Below, piece by piece: positions 28,058 to 37,792 of a stretch of DNA of 64,000 bases. The DNA lies in assembly GCA_028288925.1 (NCBI GenBank), contig JAQGHG010000012.1:77762-141761 (forward strand), in the 5' to 3' direction. Positions within the stretch are counted from its first letter, which is position 1. The number at the start of each line of letters is the position of its first letter. The position numbers were made by a program, and so were the translations under genes. Under the pieces are notes generated by a model. It saw only the letters and a list, made by a program, of their open reading frames with translations. It was not told the DNA's origin and ran no database searches. The stretch comes from Patescibacteria group bacterium (GTDB lineage Bacteria; Patescibacteriota; Saccharimonadia; UBA4664).

Positions 28058-28813
28058 ATGACAATTCATGTCAGGAGCACAGACGTCACGACCATCCCAG
28101 AGGGTAAGGCTAGGGACTTCGCCCTGGGGTATGCGGACCTTGTGAGACGTTGTGGAGGCAAGGTTACCTCCACTAAGACCATTCTGCAGTCACCCGAGCT
28201 CCTCGACCTGGGCCTTAGCGTCCAGGACGTAGAAGTGCTGGTAGGGCAGGGCATTCACACGGTGGTGCAGCTCACTGCCCTTACTGAAAAACAGGTACTG
28301 GGGCTCAAAAACGTCAAATACCCCCGCCTGCTCAGGATCAAGCTCCGGCTGCACGAGAGAGGCCTGGCGTTGGCCGGCGAACGACCGGAGGACTTTGAGG
28401 GTTCGGTTGAAGCCTTGCTTCAACGGCTCGCAACCCCCGGTCACCTCTACGACCTGCTCAAGTCTGGCGGGTTCGACACGTTGACGCACATTCTGAGCCT
28501 GGAGTACCCCGATGCTCTGGGCTACCGCTGGTGGAAACCTGTCGAGGCCCTACTCGGAGACCGCCGCCTCACGCCCACCAGTCTGAGCCGGCCGCTCTCA
28601 GACTTCGACCCCTATTTCAGCTTCGAGCCCCTCGGAGCTGTCGGAATCGTCAACGGCCAGGATCTGGTAGCGCTCACGGCTGCGGAACTGTTCGCCAGCC
28701 TTCACGAGGCCGAGCAGGGACGCGAACCGGCCCGCCGCAGCGACATCGGGTCCTACGTTGAGAGGCTCGAGACGGTCCTCAAGGCCAACGGCCACTCCCT
28801 GCGCCAGGACTGA
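28058..28813 (+). CDS. hypothetical protein with three helix-hairpin-helix repeats resembling the RNA polymerase alpha C-terminal domain
   Basis: LLDLGLSVQDVEVLVGQGIHTVVQLTALTEKQVLGLKNV and two further similar segments; codon usage looks atypical; own terminator at about 28826-28859. Confidence 0.4.
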   Translation: MTIHVRSTDVTTIPEGKARDFALGYADLVRRCGGKVTSTKTILQSPELLDLGLSVQDVEVLVGQGIHTVVQLTALTEKQVLGLKNVKYPRLLRIKLRLHERGLALAGERPEDFEGSVEALLQRLATPGHLYDLLKSGGFDTLTHILSLEYPDALGYRWWKPVEALLGDRRLTPTSLSRPLSDFDPYFSFEPLGAVGIVNGQDLVALTAAELFASLHEAEQGREPARRSDIGSYVERLETVLKANGHSLRQD

Positions 28814-28896
28814 ACGGCCCGCCCAGGGGCAGGAAAAAGGGCAGAGCGACCACTTGGTCGCTCTGCCCTTTCGCATCTCTGTTAATATAGGTCTAT

Positions 28897-29724
28897 ATGG
28901 ATCTCACTCGCGTCGAAGACGTTCGCACCGCCATGAAACTGGCGGGCATCAAACCCAACAAAGGCCTCGGCCAGCACTTCCTCGTTGATAAACCCAGCCT
29001 GGAAGCCATTATGGATGCCGCCGCCGTCACCAGGGACGACACCGTGCTCGAGGTCGGCCCGGGCCTCGGCGTCATGACGCGCCCGCTCACGCACCAGGCC
29101 GGCCATGTTGTCGCCGTGGAGACCGACCACATCTTGGCCGGCCTCCTGCGCCGCGATGCCCCGGACAACCTCACCGTCGTCGAGCAAGACATCCTCACTT
29201 ACGACTTCAGCCAGCTTCCGCCGCGTTACAAAGCCATCGCCAACATTCCGTATTACCTCACCTCCAAAATCTTCCGCCTGCTCATCGAAAACCCCAACCC
29301 GCCCAGCGTGATGTCGCTGCTCATCCAAAAAGAAGTCGCCGAGCGCATCGTGGCCCCGCCCGGCAAACTCAGCATCCTAGCCTTATCCGTCCAATACTAC
29401 GGCCACCCCGAAATCGTGCGCATCGTCGAGCGCCACAAATTCTGGCCCTCGCCGGCCGTCGATTCGGCTGTGCTGCGCGTCGTGCTCACCGGCCCGGCCT
29501 TCCCGGCCGACCCCGACCGCCTCTTCCGGCTCATCAAGGCCGGCTTCGGCGAGAAGCGCAAGCAGCTCAAAAACGCCCTGGCCGGCGGCCTCAACCTCAG
29601 CTCCGAGCTCGCCGTCGAGCTCATCGCCAAGGCCAAAATCGGCCCTACCGCCCGGGCTCAAGAGCTCGACCTCAAAGCTTGGAAGCGCCTCTATGACCTG
29701 GCAATTAAAAAAGAGCTCATTTAA
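28897..29724 (+). CDS. rsmA: 16S rRNA (adenine1518/1519-N6)-dimethyltransferase
   Basis: GQHFLVD, EVGPGLGVMT, NIPYYLTS motifs. Confidence 0.9.
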   Translation: MDLTRVEDVRTAMKLAGIKPNKGLGQHFLVDKPSLEAIMDAAAVTRDDTVLEVGPGLGVMTRPLTHQAGHVVAVETDHILAGLLRRDAPDNLTVVEQDILTYDFSQLPPRYKAIANIPYYLTSKIFRLLIENPNPPSVMSLLIQKEVAERIVAPPGKLSILALSVQYYGHPEIVRIVERHKFWPSPAVDSAVLRVVLTGPAFPADPDRLFRLIKAGFGEKRKQLKNALAGGLNLSSELAVELIAKAKIGPTARAQELDLKAWKRLYDLAIKKELI

Positions 29725-30327
29725 GTGAAACTTCTGCTACTCTCCCTTGGTCTCGGCGCCGTACCCGAATTCATTCCAGCCCAAGCCAAGCTTGGCTTCA
29801 TCCCCACCGCCGGGAACGTCTATGCCGACCCGTCGTTTGTGCGCCACGACCGCGCACGTCTCGTCAAACTCGGCTATCAAATTACCGATATCGACCTAGA
29901 CGAGCTCACGCCCGCCGAAATCCAGACCCGCCTCGGCGCTATTGACGCCGTCTACGTAGCCGGCGGCAATTCCTTTTACCTGCTCCAGCAACTGCACCAA
30001 AAAGACGCCGCCGATACGCTGCGCCGTCGCGTCCAAGCCGGCCTGCCCTACATTGGCTCTAGTGCCGGTGCTATCATCCTCGGTCCCAGCCTCGAACCCG
30101 TCTCGTCCTTGGACGATCCCGCCGAAGCACCCTTGCTCACCAGCACGAAGGGCCTGGGTCTCATCTCGTTTGTTCCACTCCCGCATTACGGCAAGAAGAA
30201 ATACCTGCCCCGCTATCAAAAAATATTAGACGAATACCGCTATACCTATCAGCTCGTCACCTATAAGGACGATCAAGCTCTCTTGCTGGCCGATCCCAAT
30301 GCCTACCAAATGATCGAATCCATTTAG
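29725..30327 (+). CDS. peptidase E / S51-family dipeptidase
   Basis: GTG start; FIPTAG...YVAGGNSFYLL...IGSSAGAII S51 motifs. Confidence 0.7.
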   Translation: MKLLLLSLGLGAVPEFIPAQAKLGFIPTAGNVYADPSFVRHDRARLVKLGYQITDIDLDELTPAEIQTRLGAIDAVYVAGGNSFYLLQQLHQKDAADTLRRRVQAGLPYIGSSAGAIILGPSLEPVSSLDDPAEAPLLTSTKGLGLISFVPLPHYGKKKYLPRYQKILDEYRYTYQLVTYKDDQALLLADPNAYQMIESI

Positions 30328-30401
30328 CGCTCAAAATCGGCTGTTGGCCGCCTGTCGGCCGATATGATACGATTGACACCGTTAAATGATTCGGACTTCC
30401 C

Positions 30402-31868
30402 ATGGCCAAATACTACGCTACATCCTCCATTGTCTACACCAACGCCGTGCCGCACATCGGGTACGCCATGGAGCTTATTCAGGCTGACGTACTGGCCCGC
30501 TACCACCGCCAGAAGGGCGAAGATGTCCGATTCCTTACCGGCACCGATGAGCACGGCACCAAGATCCAGCGTGCCGCCGAAGCCGCCGGCCAAGAGCCCC
30601 AAGCCTATGTCGACGGCATGAGCGAAGTCTACCGGGACCTCACCAAGACACTCAACATCTCCAACGACCAATTCATCCGTACCACCGATCCCGGCCACAA
30701 ATCAGCCGCCCAAGCGCTCTGGAAAACCTGCGCCAAGGATATTTATAAATCGGACTACGAAGGCTGGTACTGCGTAGGGTGCGAAACCTTCTACACCGAG
30801 ACAGACGTACCGGATCACGTCTGTCCGATCCACAAAAAGCCTCTAGAAAAGATCAAAGAGCAAAACTATTTCTTCAAATTGTCCGCCTACACCGACCAGA
30901 TCAAAGAAGTTATCAAAAGTGACCAGCTGCTCATCCGCCCATCGACCCGCAAAAACGAGATTCTAGCCCTGCTCGAGCGCGGGCTCGAAGACATCAGCAT
31001 TAGCCGCGACAAAAAGCAGCTCAGCTGGGGCGTGCCCGTGCCCGGCGATAGCACGCAGGTGATGTATGTCTGGTTCGACGCGCTGGCCAACTACATCACA
31101 GCGCTAGGCTATCCAGACGGCGAAGCCTTCAAGAAATTTTGGCCGGCCGACATCCAAATAATCGGCAAGGACATCATACGCCACCACGCCGCCATCTGGC
31201 CGGCCATGCTGCTGAGTGCCGGTTTGCCGCTGCCCAAAGCCCTGTACGTCCATGGCTTCATTTCCAGCGAAGGCCACAAAATGAGCAAATCACTCGGAAA
31301 TGTCATCGCCCCGCAAGCCGTGATCGACAAATACGGCGTCGACGGCCTGCGCTACTACCTGCTGCGCGAAATCCCGGCCGACGGCGACGGCGACTTCTCG
31401 TGGGCGCGCATGGAGGCCGTCTACAACGCCGATCTGGCCAACGACCTCGGCAACCTGCTGCAGCGCGTGCAAGTAATGTTCGTTAAATACCTGGGCGCGA
31501 TCATCGGCGACCTGCCGCAGCATTCACACGACATCCAACCCTACCAAGAAGCCATGGACCAGCTGCGCTTCGACAAAGCCCTGGCCGAAGTCTGGCTGCT
31601 CATCCGGGGCCTCAACCAATACCTCGAAGAAGAAAAGCCCTGGAAGCTGGCCACAGACGACGTCGATCATCTGTCCGAGGTCCTGCACCACGCCGTGGCC
31701 GACCTGGTCCAGATCGCCACCCTACTCATGCCGTTTATGCCCGGCACCGCCGCCAAGATCGCCGCTACCTTTGCCGGCGGCGTCGCCCGGCCCGAGGTCG
31801 GCATCCTCTTCCCCAAGCTCGAAGCCGATGCCATCGAAAAGACCGAAATACAGCCCGGGGCCAAATAG
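30402..31868 (+). CDS. metG: methionyl-tRNA synthetase (short form)
   Basis: HIGYAMELIQAD (HIGH-like), KMSKSLGN, zinc-knuckle CVGCE...CPIH. Confidence 0.92.
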   Translation: MAKYYATSSIVYTNAVPHIGYAMELIQADVLARYHRQKGEDVRFLTGTDEHGTKIQRAAEAAGQEPQAYVDGMSEVYRDLTKTLNISNDQFIRTTDPGHKSAAQALWKTCAKDIYKSDYEGWYCVGCETFYTETDVPDHVCPIHKKPLEKIKEQNYFFKLSAYTDQIKEVIKSDQLLIRPSTRKNEILALLERGLEDISISRDKKQLSWGVPVPGDSTQVMYVWFDALANYITALGYPDGEAFKKFWPADIQIIGKDIIRHHAAIWPAMLLSAGLPLPKALYVHGFISSEGHKMSKSLGNVIAPQAVIDKYGVDGLRYYLLREIPADGDGDFSWARMEAVYNADLANDLGNLLQRVQVMFVKYLGAIIGDLPQHSHDIQPYQEAMDQLRFDKALAEVWLLIRGLNQYLEEEKPWKLATDDVDHLSEVLHHAVADLVQIATLLMPFMPGTAAKIAATFAGGVARPEVGILFPKLEADAIEKTEIQPGAK

Positions 31869-31870
31869 CC

Positions 31871-32326
31871 GTGACGCGAGGTTGTGAGGTCTGCGAGGCC
31901 CTATCGGGCGCCACCTCTTCGATCTTCGAAACCGAGCATTGGACCGCGGTCCTCTCGCCCGAGCAGGGCTATTTGGGAAGCACCTTTGTTGGACTCAAAC
32001 GCCACGTGTCGTCGCTGAGCGAGTTGTCTGACGAAGAATGGGCCGAACTCCACCAAGTTATTAAAAAATTTGAGCGGGCTGTGCGCGGGGCCTTTGGCGC
32101 CCAAGTCTTTAATTGGGTTTGTCTCATGAATAATGCCTTTAAAGCGGCCGAACCCAAACCCCACGTTCACTGGAGGGTTCGCCCCCGCTACGACGCCCGG
32201 GTACAAGTAGGGGAGCACGTCTTCGCCGATCCCAACTTTGCCCATCACTACGACAAGCACCATACTGCGCGGGTAGATGAAGTCGTGCGGAGCCAAATCC
32301 AGTCTGCTATCCAGGCTTGTCTTTAA
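31871..32326 (+). CDS. HIT-family hydrolase
   Basis: GTG start; HVHWRVRPR histidine-triad-like motif; N-terminal CEVCE. Confidence 0.65.
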   Translation: MTRGCEVCEALSGATSSIFETEHWTAVLSPEQGYLGSTFVGLKRHVSSLSELSDEEWAELHQVIKKFERAVRGAFGAQVFNWVCLMNNAFKAAEPKPHVHWRVRPRYDARVQVGEHVFADPNFAHHYDKHHTARVDEVVRSQIQSAIQACL

Positions 32327-32402
32327 TGACCCGGACCGTGCCTCTGCTACTATGCCTTGCCGCGGCGCCGTACCCGGTTTTAGATGGTATATAATACATC
32401 CC

Positions 32403-33158
32403 ATGCTTATCGATACCCATGCCCACATCCACTTCGACGAATTCCGTGACGAGCTGGACACGGTGTTGGAGCGCGCCCACGACGCGCGGGTAGAAAAAAT
32501 CCTCTGCGTCGGCGTCAACGATGCCGACTCGGCCCAAGCCATCGCGGTCGCGCGCGCCTACGACCACGTCTGGGCCACCGTCGGCCTCCACCCGCACGAC
32601 GCCGATCGTGGCTACGAGGCGCTCGACGAAGTCGCCCGTCTGGCCGAGTTCGAAAAGGTCGTCGCCATCGGCGAGTGCGGTCTCGACTACTTCAAGAGCG
32701 AGACCACGCGCGAGGACCAAGAACGCGCCCTGCGCTTCCAGATCGAGCTCGGTCTCAAGCGCGATCTCCCCATGATCTTTCATGTGCGCGACGCCTTCCC
32801 CGAATTCTGGCGCATCCTAGACGACTACGACGGCGTCCGCGGTCTCGTCCACTGCTTCACCGCCGGCCTGCCCGAGCTCGAAGGCTCGCTCGATCGCGGT
32901 CTCTCCATCGCCCTTAACGGCATCATGACTTTCACCAAAGACCCGCGCCAGCTCGAGGCCGCCCGCCGCGTGCCGCTCGACCGCCTTGTGCTCGAGACCG
33001 ATTGCCCCTTCCTGACGCCCACACCGCACCGGGGCAAGCGCAACGAGCCGGCCAACATCGCCCTTACCGCCAAATTCCTCGCCGAGCTGCGCGGTGAAGC
33101 CCTCGAAGACCTCGAGCATGCCACCAGCCGCAACGCCGAAAAATTATTCAAAATATAA
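32403..33158 (+). CDS. tatD: TatD-family metal-dependent DNase/hydrolase
   Basis: LIDTHAHIHFDEF, GECGLDY, FHVRDA, ETDCPFL motifs; the ORF track starts at 32277 but the conserved N-terminus begins at ATG 32403. Confidence 0.9.
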   Translation: MLIDTHAHIHFDEFRDELDTVLERAHDARVEKILCVGVNDADSAQAIAVARAYDHVWATVGLHPHDADRGYEALDEVARLAEFEKVVAIGECGLDYFKSETTREDQERALRFQIELGLKRDLPMIFHVRDAFPEFWRILDDYDGVRGLVHCFTAGLPELEGSLDRGLSIALNGIMTFTKDPRQLEAARRVPLDRLVLETDCPFLTPTPHRGKRNEPANIALTAKFLAELRGEALEDLEHATSRNAEKLFKI

Positions 33159-33173
33159 ACAGAAAGCTCACCC

Positions 33174-33695
33174 ATGAAACTCCTCGACGTCATCAACTAC
33201 CAAAACCCCCAAGCCACTGACCTCAAGGAGTTGGGTAAACACCACTTCCGCGTCCGTCGCCGCGCCGTCCGCGCCGTCGCCACCGATGCCGAAGGCCGCG
33301 TTCACATGCTCTCGGTCAGCGCCGACGGCGGCTACCTCAAGCTCCCCGGCGGCGGCGTCGATCCCGGCGAGGAGCTCATCGAGGCGCTGCATCGAGAAGT
33401 CATGGAGGAGCTCGGCTACCTCATCGCGCCGGGCGATCCCATCGGCCGCGTTCTGCAGTACGACCTCGAGGACAGCTTCCTCCAGGAATCACTCTGCTAC
33501 CACGCCACCATTACCGGTGGCGCCGGCGAGCCCACTTATACCGACGAAGAAGCCGCCGACGGCTTTAATCCCATCATTTTCTCCAGCCTTGACCACGCCA
33601 TCAAAGCCGTAGCGCATTTGCCGCACCACAGCGCCAAAATTCATGCCATCAATCGCCGCGAGCTGGTCTTTCTGAAGGCTGCCCAAAGGAACTAA
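33174..33695 (+). CDS. NUDIX hydrolase
   Basis: Nudix box GGGVDPGEELIEALHREVMEELG. Confidence 0.75.
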   Translation: MKLLDVINYQNPQATDLKELGKHHFRVRRRAVRAVATDAEGRVHMLSVSADGGYLKLPGGGVDPGEELIEALHREVMEELGYLIAPGDPIGRVLQYDLEDSFLQESLCYHATITGGAGEPTYTDEEAADGFNPIIFSSLDHAIKAVAHLPHHSAKIHAINRRELVFLKAAQRN

Positions 33696-33711
33696 CCAAA
33701 AGGAGCTATCC

Positions 33712-34380
33712 ATGGAGCCACCAACCGCCAAAACCCCCGTAATCACGATCGCTAAGCCCAAACTGCCCCCAGACCTGCCTGCCCGAAACGCCCCATCGCT
33801 CGAGAACGGCCTCAAGCTCGAGAACGCCGAGATCATCGCGGCGGGCTGGGCGGGCGAGTCGGCGCGGCTCGCGACTTTCGACGTACTCCGCCTGGCCCAG
33901 CCCGATCTCACCGCCACCAAGCTGCGCGAAAGCGGCTGGTCGGACGTGCAAATCAGCGGCGGCCAGCTTGGCGGCCTGGATCTCACCAACGGCGCATGGC
34001 GGCGTGTGACCGTCAGCGGCGCGCGCCTCAGCGGCGTCGTTTTGGTCGAAGCCGAGCTCAGGGATGTTACGTTCGCCGACGCCAAGCTCGACCTAGCCAA
34101 TCTGCGTTTCGCCAAGCTCACGCGCGTGCAGTTCCTGCGCTGCCAGCTCACCGAGGCCGACTTTGCCGGCGCCCAGCTCACCGATGTCAGTTTCACTGGC
34201 TGCGACCTCACGGCCAGCAGCTTTGCCGGCGCCACTCTCGAGGATGTTGATCTGCGCACCTCAACGCTTCGGGATCTCCACGACCTGGCCGGCCTCCGCG
34301 GCGCTACCATCGACACCGAGCAGCTCATCGGCTTGGCGCCGGAGCTGGCCGAGACCCTCGGCCTCAAAGTAGCCGACTAA
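33712..34380 (+). CDS. pentapeptide-repeat protein
   Basis: tandem A(D/N)(L/F)xx repeats, e.g. ADFAGAQLTDVSFTGCDLTASSFAGATLEDVDL. Confidence 0.8.
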   Translation: MEPPTAKTPVITIAKPKLPPDLPARNAPSLENGLKLENAEIIAAGWAGESARLATFDVLRLAQPDLTATKLRESGWSDVQISGGQLGGLDLTNGAWRRVTVSGARLSGVVLVEAELRDVTFADAKLDLANLRFAKLTRVQFLRCQLTEADFAGAQLTDVSFTGCDLTASSFAGATLEDVDLRTSTLRDLHDLAGLRGATIDTEQLIGLAPELAETLGLKVAD

Positions 34381-34394
34381 GCCGGCACCTCTGC

Positions 34395-34981
34395 CGGTCG
34401 TTCGCTCAAGGTCGGACCTTGATATTTGACAGACTACCCTGTAACCTGTCAAATATGCCTAGCCCCAATGCAGTCAAAGAGTCTCTCCGGGATGGCGTCT
34501 ACCACGTCTACAACCGCGGCGTTGAGCGGCGCGACATCTTCATGGATCATCACGGTTATCAGCGGTTTAAACTGCAGATGCGCACGTTTCTGGAGCGCGA
34601 ACTAAACCATTTCCATTTACTTGTCCAGCGAACCGATAACGAGGCGATGAGCCGGTACATTAAGCGGCTCGTGGTGGGCTATGTTATGTATTTCAACAAA
34701 AAATACCACCGTGTAGGGCCACTGTTCCAGGGCAAATACAAGGCTGTCCGGGTGATCGGGCCCCGGCAGCTCATGGAAGTTTCGCGCTATATCCACCTGG
34801 ATCCTGAGCGCGCCGGTCTCGGCTGGCGTCAACACCAGCACTCAAGTATCGCCAGCTATACCCGCGAGGCGGGCGCCGATAACATGGTCGATCCCGGTCC
34901 GGTGCTCGAGCTTTTCGATATACCAGAGGATTATAAGCGATATATGTCAATTGGCGAGGTCCGACCTTGAGCGAACGACCG
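34395..34981 (+). mobile_element. IS200/IS605-family or RAYT-like HUH transposase gene flanked by perfect 24-bp inverted repeats (REPtron-like unit)
   Basis: left CGGTCGTTCGCTCAAGGTCGGACC (34395-34418) is the exact reverse complement of right GGTCCGACCTTGAGCGAACGACCG (34958-34981). Confidence 0.7.
34455..34970 (+). CDS. HUH (Y1) transposase, IS200-like / REP-associated tyrosine transposase-like
   Basis: YHVYNRG, HuH motif HFHLLV, catalytic Tyr context FQGKYKAV, YIHLDPERAGL; about 171 aa. Confidence 0.8.
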   Translation: MPSPNAVKESLRDGVYHVYNRGVERRDIFMDHHGYQRFKLQMRTFLERELNHFHLLVQRTDNEAMSRYIKRLVVGYVMYFNKKYHRVGPLFQGKYKAVRVIGPRQLMEVSRYIHLDPERAGLGWRQHQHSSIASYTREAGADNMVDPGPVLELFDIPEDYKRYMSIGEVRP

Positions 34982-34990
34982 ATATTTTAT

Positions 34991-36145
34991 ATGGACCATG
35001 CGGCCGCCACCCCGCTCGATCCGCGCGTGTTTGAGGCTATGCAGCCGTATCTGGCCGGGCAGTTCGCCAACCCTTCGAGCCTGTATGGCGCGGCCCGCGA
35101 GACCCGCCAAGCCGTGGAAGCCGCGCGCCACACGCTGGCCAACATCCTCGGTGCCAAGCCCACCGAGATCGTCTTCACCAGCGGCGGCACCGAGGGCGAT
35201 AATCTAGCGGTACAGGGCGTACTGCGGGCGCACCCCGGCGCGCACTGGGTCACCAGCTCAATCGAGCACGATGCCATATTAGGCTGCGTAGAGCCATTAA
35301 TGCGTGAAGGTCACGAGGCTACTATCGTGCCGGTCGAGCCCAACGGCCTCGTCGAAGTGGCCGCCATCGAACGCGCTGTCACCGACCAAACCGTACTCAT
35401 CAGCGTCATGATGGCCAACAACGAAATCGGCGCCATCCAGCCCATCGCCGAGCTCGCCAAGCTGGTCGCCAAAGTCCGCGCCGACCGTAGCCAGCGGGGC
35501 CTAGACCGGCCGCTCTACCTTCACACCGATGCCGCCCAGGCCGCCGGCTACCTCGACCTGCACGTGGCACGCCTCCGCGTGGATCTGCTCAGCCTCAACG
35601 GCTCCAAGCTCTACGGCCCCAAGGGTGCCGGGCTGCTCTACGTGCGCCAAGGCACGCGGCTCGAGCCGTTGATGTACGGTGGCGGCCAGGAGCGCGGCCG
35701 ACGCAGCGGCACCGAAAACGTCGCCGGCGCGGTCGGCCTGGCCAAGGCCCTCGAGCTGGCCGCCGCCGCCCGCGAGTCCGAATCGCACCGCCTGGCCGGC
35801 CTCCGCGACGAGCTCATCCGCCGCCTCACCGCGGCCATCCCCCACACTACCCTCAACGGCGACCCCAAGCGCCGTCTCCCCAACAACCTCAGCCTCACCA
35901 TCCCCGGCGCCGAGGGTGAGGCCATGGTGCTCTACCTCGACAACCACGGCGTCCAAGCCTCCACCGGCTCGGCCTGTTCCACCGGCAGCCTCGACCCGTC
36001 ACATGTGCTGCTCGCTCTGGGCCGCACTCCCGCCGAAGCCAATGCCAGCCTCCGCCTCACGCTCGGCCGTGCCACCGATGAGGCCGCCATTGATCATGTC
36101 GTCAAGGTCTTGCCGCCCATTATCGTCCGCCTGCGCGAGCTCTAA
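34991..36145 (+). CDS. cysteine desulfurase (IscS/NifS-like class V aminotransferase)
   Basis: TSGGTEGDN, PLP-Lys context SLNGSKLYGPKG, C-terminal catalytic Cys GSACSTG; ATG 34991 preferred over the track's TTG 34967, which lies inside the right IR. Confidence 0.85.
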   Translation: MDHAAATPLDPRVFEAMQPYLAGQFANPSSLYGAARETRQAVEAARHTLANILGAKPTEIVFTSGGTEGDNLAVQGVLRAHPGAHWVTSSIEHDAILGCVEPLMREGHEATIVPVEPNGLVEVAAIERAVTDQTVLISVMMANNEIGAIQPIAELAKLVAKVRADRSQRGLDRPLYLHTDAAQAAGYLDLHVARLRVDLLSLNGSKLYGPKGAGLLYVRQGTRLEPLMYGGGQERGRRSGTENVAGAVGLAKALELAAAARESESHRLAGLRDELIRRLTAAIPHTTLNGDPKRRLPNNLSLTIPGAEGEAMVLYLDNHGVQASTGSACSTGSLDPSHVLLALGRTPAEANASLRLTLGRATDEAAIDHVVKVLPPIIVRLREL

Positions 36146-36183
36146 GCCATCGCCTCACCGCCACAAGCTGGTACAATAAGACC

Positions 36184-36777
36184 ATGAAGCGCTTTCTATT
36201 AGTGCTAATGTTCGTGGTAATTATCCTCGGCGGTTTGGCCGCCGGAGCCTTTTTCGGCGTCGGCTACTATCTGTCGCCGCAAGACCAGCTCGCCAAAACC
36301 GACGCCATCGTCGCCATCTCCGGCGGCGAGACCGACGCTCGCACCGCCGAAGCCGTGCGGCTCTACAAAGACGGCTGGGCGCCCAAGCTGATCTTCTCGG
36401 GCGCGGCCCTCGATCCCAACGGCCCCTCCAACGCCCAGGCCATGGCCACCGCCGCCGAGCGCGCCGGCGTGCCCTTCCAGGACATCGAACTCGACGAGGT
36501 GGCCGCCAATACCCGCCAAAACGCCACCGGTGTCGCCGGTATCGTTCAGCATCACGGCTATCGTTCGCTCATTCTCGTGACTTCACCCTACCACCAGCGC
36601 CGCGCCGAGATTACCTTTCACCGGGTGCTTGGGTCCACCTTTCCTCTCATTAACCATTCGTCCTACGATCACCAATGGCGCCGCTCGCATTGGTGGGCCA
36701 CCCCCTATAGTCAAAGCGTGACGCTTTCTGAAATTCAGAAGATCGCCTTTGAACTCGCCAGCGGACACGCCCAGTGA
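36184..36777 (+). CDS. DUF218 / YdcF (ElyC/SanA-family) membrane-anchored protein
   Basis: N-terminal TM; AIVAISGGETDAR...LIFSGAA...ANTRQNA pattern. Confidence 0.65.
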   Translation: MKRFLLVLMFVVIILGGLAAGAFFGVGYYLSPQDQLAKTDAIVAISGGETDARTAEAVRLYKDGWAPKLIFSGAALDPNGPSNAQAMATAAERAGVPFQDIELDEVAANTRQNATGVAGIVQHHGYRSLILVTSPYHQRRAEITFHRVLGSTFPLINHSSYDHQWRRSHWWATPYSQSVTLSEIQKIAFELASGHAQ

Positions 36778-37739
36778 TCATCGTCGACCTTGCCATCATC
36801 GGCATTATTGTCTATGCGGCCTACTCCGGCACCAAGCGGGGCATGGTGCTCATCGGGCTCGAGTTGGGAAGCTTCATCATCGCCACGGGAGTGGCTCTCG
36901 CCGGCTATCACATGATCGGAAGCTGGGTTAAGGCTCTCACCGGCACATCGGGAGCCCTCAGTAACGTGGCGGCGTTCATACTCATTTGGATCCTTACTGA
37001 AATAATCTGCGCGGTCATCGTGCGCTTCAAGGTGCTTCCACGCCTCACCCGCCAAGTTCAGCTTTCGCTCGTCAACCAGATCGGAGGCTCGGCCCTCAAC
37101 GCGCTCAAATCACTCATAATCATTGCCCTCGCGCTCATCGTATTCGTGGGAATGCCGCTATCTTCGGGCACCAAACGCACCGTCACCGACTCTTTTCTGG
37201 CCAAAACCTTCCTGGCCTCGAGCGGCCAGCTCCAAAACTGGTTGGCCGGCGGCCTCGGCCACGACCTGAGCGAAAGCCTCAACTTCTTCACCGTCACCGC
37301 CGAGCCCGAAAGCCAGCAGCGCATCGAGCTCGGCTACACCACCACGGCCGTCACCGCCGATCCCCATGACGAGGCCGCCATGCTCGTGCTCGTCAACCAA
37401 GAGCGCACCAGCCGCAATCTCCTCCCCCTCAGCCTCAACACCAAAGCCCGCGCCGTCGCCCGCGCCTACTCCCGCGACATGTTCGCGCGCGGCTACTTCT
37501 CGCACATCAGCCCCGAGGGCAAGAGCCCCTTCGACCGCATGAAAGCCGGCGATGTTAGCTACGAGACGGCCGGCGAAAACCTGGCGCTAGCCCCTACCCT
37601 CGACCTCGCGCACCAAGGCCTCATGAACTCGCCCGGCCACCGCGCCAACATCCTCAACCCCAGCTACCGCACCGTCGGCATCGGCATTATCGACGGCGGC
37701 CCCTACGGGCTCATGGTTACCCAAGACTTCACCGATTAA
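36774..37739 (+). CDS. CvpA-family membrane domain fused to CAP/SCP (YkwD-like) domain
   Basis: 4 TM helices; C-terminal LVNQER...GYFSHISPEG...GENLA...HRANILNP CAP signature. Confidence 0.65.
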   Translation: MIIVDLAIIGIIVYAAYSGTKRGMVLIGLELGSFIIATGVALAGYHMIGSWVKALTGTSGALSNVAAFILIWILTEIICAVIVRFKVLPRLTRQVQLSLVNQIGGSALNALKSLIIIALALIVFVGMPLSSGTKRTVTDSFLAKTFLASSGQLQNWLAGGLGHDLSESLNFFTVTAEPESQQRIELGYTTTAVTADPHDEAAMLVLVNQERTSRNLLPLSLNTKARAVARAYSRDMFARGYFSHISPEGKSPFDRMKAGDVSYETAGENLALAPTLDLAHQGLMNSPGHRANILNPSYRTVGIGIIDGGPYGLMVTQDFTD

Positions 37740-37792
37740 GGGAACCCAGGGTTTTCGACAGACTACAATATTTCTTGTATAATAGGCCGGTT

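Noticed and set aside
34967-34990. TTG start for the cysteine desulfurase, as drawn by the ORF track
   Set aside because: That start lies inside the 24-bp right inverted repeat of the transposon unit. ATG 34991 (MDHAAATPL, the conserved N-terminus of class V aminotransferases) is more plausible.
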